From assembly GCF_002945325.1 (NCBI RefSeq), contig NZ_CP026606.1, forward strand, positions 300,001 to 332,000: a stretch of DNA of 32,000 nt, given 5' to 3'. Positions 26,505 to 32,000 of this stretch are shown here, one piece after another (the first letter of the stretch is position 1; every line of letters begins with the position of its first letter). The translations under genes were made by a program, and so were the position numbers. The notes beneath the pieces were generated by a model. The model saw only the letters and a program-made list of their open reading frames with translations. It was not told where the DNA came from and did not search any database. Source of the stretch: Methanococcus maripaludis (lineage in GTDB: Archaea > AGJL01 > Methanococci > Methanococcales > Methanococcaceae).

Positions 26505-27518
26505 TTAACTTAAACTTCCTACAACCTTTTCAAACATTAATTCGGTCGGATCTTCCAAAGTTATTCCGTTGTTTCTTTTTCCAATATTATCCATTACGTG
26601 ATTTACGATTTCGTCTAAGTCTCTTGTGTGAATCATCCTTTCTTTTTCAATTAGGTAATTATCAACACCCAGAAGTTTTTCAGGATAGCATGAAATCGTT
26701 GGAACTCCCAAAACTGCTGCTTCACGGTTCATCGTTCCGCCAGCTCCAATCATTGCATCTGAATAATAAAGTAAAGATATTGCATCGATTGTTTTTGGAA
26801 CAATTACACCCATTGATACATATTTTTCCCTTTGATCTTCATCTCTTGGAAATGCAACAATATTGCAGTCCATTTGACTCTTTAATTTATCAATTATCAT
26901 TGGAATAATGTCTTTTTTCCCGTTACAGTACGAAGAATTTGGCCTTGGCCTCATTATTGTTATAGGCAATGATTCATCGATATTTAACTTTTCCTTTATC
27001 GATTCATCAATTGAAAAAGAAGAATTTAACCTTGAATTAACATTAGAAACTTCACACGTTCCTTCAAAAGAATCGATGTATTTTCCAAAAGAACTTCCGT
27101 TTAAAACCAGCTTTGTGCCTTCTGGACAGATTATGTCGTTTACAAGGGGGACTGTTAATCTATTCTGTGCACTTGCGTGTTCATTGTCTAAAACAAATAT
27201 TGAATGGATATTCATTCCAAAAGCTACTCTTGGAAGCTCTACTGAGTGTTTTGCAATTGCGATTTTTGGTTCCAACTTCTTTGCAATTTTTGTGAGTTCA
27301 ATTACTCTTTTTGAAGAATTTATGAGCTTTTCTTCTAACGAATCTGCATGGTTTCCAACAGAAATATAATCATAACCATAAATGTCGATTAAATCTTCTA
27401 AACTTTGAAATTTTCTCGCTGTTATATAATATTCAATTCCTTCCCGGTTAAACTTGTCAATTAACTGCGAGAAATAATGAATATGAGGGGAATTTGTTAA
27501 ATCGATCCATACATCCAT
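26505..27518 (-). CDS. DUF354-like protein (GT-B/epimerase-like fold family, function unknown)
   Basis: 337-aa ORF with GGTGAT before the ATG. The N-terminus MDVWIDLTNSPHIHYF...GIEYYITAR and the C-terminal GAGGTMNREAAVLGVPTIS resemble the archaeal DUF354 family as I remember it. Confidence 0.5.
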   Translation of the reverse strand: MDVWIDLTNSPHIHYFSQLIDKFNREGIEYYITARKFQSLEDLIDIYGYDYISVGNHADSLEEKLINSSKRVIELTKIAKKLEPKIAIAKHSVELPRVAFGMNIHSIFVLDNEHASAQNRLTVPLVNDIICPEGTKLVLNGSSFGKYIDSFEGTCEVSNVNSRLNSSFSIDESIKEKLNIDESLPITIMRPRPNSSYCNGKKDIIPMIIDKLKSQMDCNIVAFPRDEDQREKYVSMGVIVPKTIDAISLLYYSDAMIGAGGTMNREAAVLGVPTISCYPEKLLGVDNYLIEKERMIHTRDLDEIVNHVMDNIGKRNNGITLEDPTELMFEKVVGSLS

Positions 27519-27660
27519 AAAATCACCAATATATCTCTACTGGATCACTAAAATTATTCTATTTAGCAATAATATTGAATCAAAAAGTTCTTAATAAAGT
27601 AGCACTGTTTTATATATAATTATTGGTATTTGAAATTTATTATCTTTTGTATGGGAGATT

Positions 27661-28638
27661 ATGATTGTTGTAGGGATTGATCACGGCACATCCGGAATTA
27701 CCGCATGTGTGATGGAAAACAAAACTGTAAAATCTATTTTTAAGATGAAAAGAACCGAAATAAACGAAAATTCTTTTTTAAAAGAACTTGAAAAACATGT
27801 TAATTTAAATGAAATCGACCTGATGGGTGTATGCTACTCTATGGGCGATGGAATAGCTAAAATAACGGATATAAAACGGGTTGAAAACAGGGGTGTAATT
27901 AACCTTGAAGGAATTGGAAAAAAAATTGGTGGCGGAACGAAAGTTTATGATGAAATAAAATCATCAGATATTCCAGCAATTGTTATTCCAGGACTTCACA
28001 ATAGCGTAAAAAGTATGGATAAAAGATTTAACGCCCTTTTTTCGCATATTGCATCTCCTGAAAAAATATCCATCTGCTACAATGCATACAAAACGTTTGG
28101 TTTTGAAAATTTCATTCTTTCAGACATTTCTTCAAACACAGTTACGCTTTTAATAAAAGACGGTAAAATATTTGGCGGATTTGATGCTTGCGTTGGTGCT
28201 GTTGGAATATTACACGGGCCCCTTGATCTAGAATTAATTAGAAATATCGATGCAAATAAAATCACTGCAAATGAAGCTTTTTCAAAAGCAGGTGTTGTTA
28301 AAGTTACAGATTCTTACAAAGGCGTTGAAGATACAAAATTTGAAATTATGAATAACTATAAAAAAGACGATAAATGCACTTTGGCAGTTGATTCACTCGT
28401 TTTAAGTGTTTCAATGGAAATAAATTCGTTAATGTTTTTAACACCTGAAAGAAATGTAATTCTTGCAGGATCCATTGGAACATGGGAAAACCCGAACGTT
28501 TCTGAAATGATAAAAGAAAATATCGATGGAAATGTTCTTGTTTTAAATGGGGAAAGTGGTGCAATAGGCAGTGCAATGATTGCAGAAGATATCCTAAATG
28601 GTAAAAAGGAAATTCTTGGAATACCGGTTGATTTTTAA
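27661..28638 (+). CDS. ASKHA-type ATPase-like protein, probably methanogenesis marker protein 12 (UPF0285/DUF1464)
   Basis: 325-aa ORF with GGGAG before the ATG. The N-terminus is an actin/Hsp70-like phosphate-1 motif, IVVGIDHGTSGI. Size and methanogen context fit the marker-12 family from memory. Confidence 0.5.
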   Translation: MIVVGIDHGTSGITACVMENKTVKSIFKMKRTEINENSFLKELEKHVNLNEIDLMGVCYSMGDGIAKITDIKRVENRGVINLEGIGKKIGGGTKVYDEIKSSDIPAIVIPGLHNSVKSMDKRFNALFSHIASPEKISICYNAYKTFGFENFILSDISSNTVTLLIKDGKIFGGFDACVGAVGILHGPLDLELIRNIDANKITANEAFSKAGVVKVTDSYKGVEDTKFEIMNNYKKDDKCTLAVDSLVLSVSMEINSLMFLTPERNVILAGSIGTWENPNVSEMIKENIDGNVLVLNGESGAIGSAMIAEDILNGKKEILGIPVDF

Positions 28639-28673
28639 ATTTTCTAAATTTCCAGTAGATTACACCATAACTA

Positions 28674-28680
28674 TTATATA
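28674..28680 (+). promoter_or_regulatory. Candidate TATA box of the rpl7ae-rps28e-rpl24e operon
   Basis: TTATATA at 28674-28680 is the only strong TATA-like element between the upstream stop (28638) and rpl7ae. It would place the TSS near 28700 and give a leader of about 85 nt. Confidence 0.3.
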
Positions 28681-28744
28681 CCACTTTTCAATATATGGTA
28701 GTTGCCGCTCTTTTAAAACCATGATGATATGAGTGGGCGCCATC

Positions 28745-28772
28745 CGGATAAAAAAATTTTTTTAAGTGATGA
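28745..28772 (+). promoter_or_regulatory. Candidate k-turn (box D-like CGGA + box C-like GUGAUGA) in the rpl7ae 5' leader, abutting the SD
   Basis: CGGA lies at 28745-28748. A 6-bp A-U hairpin follows (28749-28754 paired with 28759-28764, AAUU loop). Then comes a 3-nt bulge AGU (28765-28767) and GAUGA (28768-28772). This allows tandem sheared G68.A48 and A69.G47, then U70.G46 and G71-C45. The SD AGGAGGU at 28773-28779 follows directly, with the ATG at 28786. Confidence 0.4.
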
Positions 28773-28785
28773 AGGAGGTCATAAT

Positions 28786-29139
28786 ATGGCTGTATATGTT
28801 AAATTTGAAATATCACAAGAACTCGAAGAAAAAACTGCGGAAGTAGTTGCTAACGCTGAAAAAATCAAAAAAGGCGCTAACGAAGTTACAAAAGCAGTAG
28901 AAAAAGGAATTGCAAAATTAGTTGTAATCGCACAAGATGTACAACCTGAAGAAATCGTTGCACACATTCCAGTAATTTGCGACGAAAAAGGAATTGCATA
29001 CTCATACAGTTCAACAAAAGAAGCTTTAGGAAAAGCTGCTGGTTTAGAAGTACCTACATCAGCTATTGCAGTTGTTGCTGAAGGAAGCGCTGACGAATTA
29101 AAAGATTTAGTTGAAAAATTAAATGGATTAAAAGCATAA
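28786..29139 (+). CDS. rpl7ae: 50S ribosomal protein L7Ae (k-turn binding protein)
   Basis: I prefer ATG 28786 after GAAGGAGGT; the track start 28729 is an unsupported extension. [45 protein letters not shown] is classic L7Ae. Confidence 0.92.
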   Translation: MAVYVKFEISQELEEKTAEVVANAEKIKKGANEVTKAVEKGIAKLVVIAQDVQPEEIVAHIPVICDEKGIAYSYSSTKEALGKAAGLEVPTSAIAVVAEGSADELKDLVEKLNGLKA

Positions 29140-29178
29140 GTTTAGCAGCTAACAATTAAATAAAATCAGGTGATTTAA

Positions 29179-29409
29179 ATGGCTGATGATATGGTATACC
29201 AGGAAGCAGTGGCTGCTGAAGTTATCCAAGTTAACGGAAGAACAGGAGTTACTGGTGAAATTTTCCAGGTAAGATGCAAAATCTTAGGTGGAAAAGACAC
29301 AGGAAGGATTTTAACAAGAAACGTGAAAGGACCTGTTAAATTAGGCGACCTTATCATGTTAAGAGAAACCGAAAGAGAAGCAAAACAACTCGGTAAAAGA
29401 AGAAAATAA
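29179..29409 (+). CDS. rps28e: 30S ribosomal protein S28e
   Basis: 76-aa ORF with GGTGAT before the ATG. Supporting sequence: [26 protein letters not shown]...[22 protein letters not shown]. Confidence 0.92.
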   Translation: MADDMVYQEAVAAEVIQVNGRTGVTGEIFQVRCKILGGKDTGRILTRNVKGPVKLGDLIMLRETEREAKQLGKRRK

Positions 29410-29428
29410 TTCCCGCTAGGTGATTACA

Positions 29429-29617
29429 ATGGAATGGAAAACATGTAGCTTTTGTGAAGGCACAATTGAACCTGGATGCGGAAAAAAATACGTTAAAAAA
29501 GACGGTTCAGTTATGCACTTCTGTTCATCAAAGTGTGAAAAAAATTTCAAACTCGGAAGAGTTGGAAGAAAATTAAAATGGACTAACACTTTCAAAAGAA
29601 TTAACAGAGGACAATAA
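29429..29617 (+). CDS. rpl24e: 50S ribosomal protein L24e
   Basis: ATG 29429 lies 4 nt after GGTGAT; the track start 29420 is the GTG inside the RBS. Supporting sequence: CSFCEGTIEPGCGKKYVKKDGSVMHFCSSKCEKNF. Confidence 0.92.
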   Translation: MEWKTCSFCEGTIEPGCGKKYVKKDGSVMHFCSSKCEKNFKLGRVGRKLKWTNTFKRINRGQ

Positions 29618-29711
29618 TTCCTCTAAATCTCTTTTAATATTTGTTTTGAATTAAAATTAACTTTTTTGAAAAATATTTTAAAAATTTAAAAAAAAGAAAT
29701 TAGTGTCTTAA

Positions 29712-31949
29712 TTATTCGACTGTTATTTTATAGATTATTGTATTTATAGAACCTTCAACCCCTTCCCATGAGCGGTAGTAATCAAATGTTAGCTCTACTT
29801 CGCCTGATTCAGTTGCATTAAAAGTCCATTCGTGAACTCCACCTGCACCAACGATTCCATCATCTGTTTCATCTTCAATGTATTCGTCAGACAATAATTC
29901 TATTTTATCATCATCACTTATCGAATAATTCCAAGTGTAGCCAGTTGTAGGGTTTTCATCAAGTTTTATCGATATATTTTCCCCAATAGCAACTTTTTCA
30001 TTGATAGTTTCTATTTCAACGTCTGTAAAATCTTCCACTGGTTCAATATATGGTTCAAGGTATGGATATTCATATTTTGGTAAATTAATCGTTTTTACAG
30101 TTTTCCAAGTATTTTCATCAATTACGTGTATTTCATAGTTTGAAAACGTGTAGAGATAGTCTCCAATATACAAAGACCTTAAAACGCTGTAGTCTTTGAA
30201 AACGTCATCTTTAACCATTTTAATTCCACTTTCTTTAACTTCGAAAGCGTATGCGTGGCTTCCTGCGGGAAGTACGAGTATTTCTTTTTCAGCATCCCAC
30301 AAAAATGCATGGTGTTCGTAAAGGGCAACTGACCAGTACTCGTTTAATGAATATTTTGAAAGTTCTTTTGGATTTTCAAGATCAGTTGCATCGAATAATG
30401 AAATTTTTACCATATTTGAATCGTCTTTTCCAATCCCAATTAATTTATTATTTCCAATTGGATGTAAATAAGTAGAATATCCAGGAATTTTCAGTTCCCC
30501 TAGTAACTCCGGATTTTTTGGATCGTCTAAATCAATTACAAGTAACGGATCCGTCTCTTTATATGTTACAACATATGCTTTATCCCCCATAAATCTTGCA
30601 GAGTATATTCTTTCTCCTTCTTCAAGACCAGTCACTTTTCCAATAACATCCATATTTTCATCGAATACGTAGATGTTATTTGTTTGAATATCTCTAAATC
30701 TCCAGTCATTTCCAATTGTTGTTGCAATTCTTAAATTTCCTTCGTATTCGTCCATTGAAAAGCTGTTTAAAATGGTTCCAGGAACTTTTCCACTTGTTAC
30801 TTTGAAGTCATCGAGACTTATTTTTGCAATACCTGTTCCTTCAAGTTCTTCCCAGTGTTCTTTCAAATAAATTTCATAATCATTTTCAATTTCATTTTCT
30901 AAATTATTTATTTCTTCTGAGGATAGTGTTTTTATGTAATCTTCGAGAATTTCAGTCATCTGTACGTATTTTGCACTGTCTCCAAAATCAGTATTTGAAA
31001 ATACTCGATCAAGTTTGTCTGTAACTTCTTTTGGGAAATATTTATCAGCATTTTCCGCCACAAACTTCATCATCAGTTTATCTTCATCGTAATCCAGTTC
31101 ATAAGCAAAATAAATATTTTCTTCTGAAACATATATTGTATTACTGTATGAACCAACCAGTGCAGCCGTATTTTCAATTTCTCCGCTTTCAACGTTTATT
31201 GATGAAATAATATACGTTGTTTCAAAGTTTTGGCGAATAATTTCGGGAATTACTGGAAGATAAATATCATCGTATCCTATTTTAACGTTATTCCAGATTA
31301 TTGGCCCGGTTATTCCATATTCCTGAATTATTATGTATAATTCACCATCAATTAATCTTGAATCAACATATGACCCGTTTAAATCTTTTGCCCAGACCAA
31401 TTCAGGCGTTTTTGGATTTGAAATATTGTAATTTTTAATTCCATCATAAGTAATTACGACTAAATTATCCCCTTCAAGGTAAAGATTGCCACCATCAGTG
31501 ATATTTCCAATTACCTGAGCAGTTTCAGGAGGTAATGCATCAATTACGTAAGTACTCTGCCCACCATAATAATTAACCCATGCTGGACTTTGCGTCGTGT
31601 AAAATATATATTTTCCATTTGTTTTTACAATATCAGCTTCATCAACGCCCACTACCTGAACATTTGTCTCGGAATACCTCGCATCGGAATACCCAGAATC
31701 CCTTAAACTGTCTTCATTGGCAGTCGCATAAGTTATATCCTCTTTTACTGCAATATTACTGCTACCATAATAATAGCCTGAATCAGATGCCAGTTTTAAA
31801 AAATTATTAAAATTTCCCTCTGAATCTGCGGGAACCATATCAAAGTCTCCAGTATAACTTATTCCAGAATCGTTTTCCGGGTTATAAGTTAAAAAAACTG
31901 CAGAAGTTACTAAAATTAGCCCTAAAATAATAATTATATTGCGATTCAT
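29712..31949 (-). CDS. Secreted/membrane-anchored beta-propeller-domain protein with C-terminal chagasin-like (I42) peptidase-inhibitor domain
   Basis: I prefer ATG 31949 (MNRNIIIILGLILVTSAVFL, a signal/anchor), 3 nt after GGTGAT. The track start 31979 is a non-canonical ATT. The long central region resembles the secreted 'beta propeller domain' family (VVGVDEADIVKTNGKYIF...). The last ~100 aa carry all three chagasin motifs: NPTTGYTW, GAGG and a degenerate RSW in place of RPW. Confidence 0.7.
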   Translation of the reverse strand: MNRNIIIILGLILVTSAVFLTYNPENDSGISYTGDFDMVPADSEGNFNNFLKLASDSGYYYGSSNIAVKEDITYATANEDSLRDSGYSDARYSETNVQVVGVDEADIVKTNGKYIFYTTQSPAWVNYYGGQSTYVIDALPPETAQVIGNITDGGNLYLEGDNLVVITYDGIKNYNISNPKTPELVWAKDLNGSYVDSRLIDGELYIIIQEYGITGPIIWNNVKIGYDDIYLPVIPEIIRQNFETTYIISSINVESGEIENTAALVGSYSNTIYVSEENIYFAYELDYDEDKLMMKFVAENADKYFPKEVTDKLDRVFSNTDFGDSAKYVQMTEILEDYIKTLSSEEINNLENEIENDYEIYLKEHWEELEGTGIAKISLDDFKVTSGKVPGTILNSFSMDEYEGNLRIATTIGNDWRFRDIQTNNIYVFDENMDVIGKVTGLEEGERIYSARFMGDKAYVVTYKETDPLLVIDLDDPKNPELLGELKIPGYSTYLHPIGNNKLIGIGKDDSNMVKISLFDATDLENPKELSKYSLNEYWSVALYEHHAFLWDAEKEILVLPAGSHAYAFEVKESGIKMVKDDVFKDYSVLRSLYIGDYLYTFSNYEIHVIDENTWKTVKTINLPKYEYPYLEPYIEPVEDFTDVEIETINEKVAIGENISIKLDENPTTGYTWNYSISDDDKIELLSDEYIEDETDDGIVGAGGVHEWTFNATESGEVELTFDYYRSWEGVEGSINTIIYKITVE

Positions 31950-32000
31950 AAAATCACCATTTATATTAATAATAAACAATGTGTATTAACACTTAAAAAT

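Noticed and set aside
26908-27369. 153-aa plus-strand ORF antisense to the DUF354-like gene, plus ORFs at 26624-26908 and 27113-27295
   Set aside because: Shadow frames. The minus-strand gene has a GGTGAT-ATG start and family-like N- and C-termini.
28719-28736. Second k-turn-like hairpin (CCAU / GAU bulge / GA-UAU-GA / GUGG) further upstream in the rpl7ae leader
   Set aside because: The geometry is formally k-turn-like, but the non-canonical arm would be only the two G.A pairs closed by a 3-nt loop. The C-stem is 4 bp including a G.U. That is too minimal to claim; I note it only as a possible secondary L7Ae site.
28729-28785. N-terminal extension of L7Ae ([19 protein letters not shown]...) given by the ORF track
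   Set aside because: A strong SD (GAAGGAGGT) sits inside the extension, directly before ATG 28786. The canonical L7Ae N-terminus begins there, and the extension has no SD of its own.
28721-28790. Possible box C/D sRNA, suggested by two RUGAUGA motifs at 28721-28727 and 28766-28772
   Set aside because: The spacing is wrong: there are 38 nt between the putative C and C' boxes, against about 20 expected. No CUGA box D' or D occurs at the required ~12-nt guide distances. The region is better explained as the rpl7ae leader.
1-32000. Window-wide scan for CRISPR arrays, rRNA/tRNA genes, selenocysteine (in-frame TGA) recoding and frameshifted pseudogenes
   Set aside because: I found no regularly spaced repeats. 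No GC-rich structured patch of tRNA or rRNA size stands out against the AT-rich background. No pair of adjacent same-family ORFs is split by a stop or frameshift.

Overview
This is a densely coding chromosomal window of about 35 genes. It is visibly AT-rich (roughly one-third G+C by eye, not computed) and reads like a Methanococcus-type hydrogenotrophic methanogen (Methanococcales). The supporting signs are archaeal r-protein genes (S3Ae, S2, L7Ae-S28e-L24e), methanogen-restricted conserved unknowns, a minimal NifB, GGTGAT-type Shine-Dalgarno sites 3-7 nt before most starts, and TTTATATA-type TATA boxes. The core content includes ion transporters (Na/Pi-PhoU, VIT1-like, SulP-STAS, BASS, CDF) and the branched-chain amino-acid genes ilvC and ilvB-ilvN. 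It also includes apt, a U32-family Cys-cluster protein, a NodU-type carbamoyltransferase-RtcA-archease cluster and an LDH-like malate dehydrogenase. I recognised no rRNA, tRNA, CRISPR array, transposase or integrase. The most interesting part is a small accessory-looking island at about 15.7-18.8 kb, wedged between ilvC/BASS and ilvN-ilvB. It holds an orphan ~150-aa protein, a ~0.5-kb non-coding spacer and a two-gene operon. The operon encodes a coiled-coil + DUF4041 + T5orf172 (GIY-YIG-like) nuclease-family protein followed by a zinc-ribbon multi-TM membrane protein. I read this as a candidate uncharacterised archaeal antiviral module, resembling a split version of membrane-bound DUF4041 nucleases. 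Four other points stand out. There is a stand-alone HsdR-N-type PD-(D/E)xK protein. A box D/box C-like k-turn candidate abuts the SD of the L7Ae gene, suggesting autoregulation. A secreted beta-propeller protein carries a C-terminal chagasin (I42) inhibitor domain. A PP-loop ATPase is translationally coupled (ATGA) to a Pcc1-like protein. All family assignments are by eye and memory from the translated ORFs; no searches were run.
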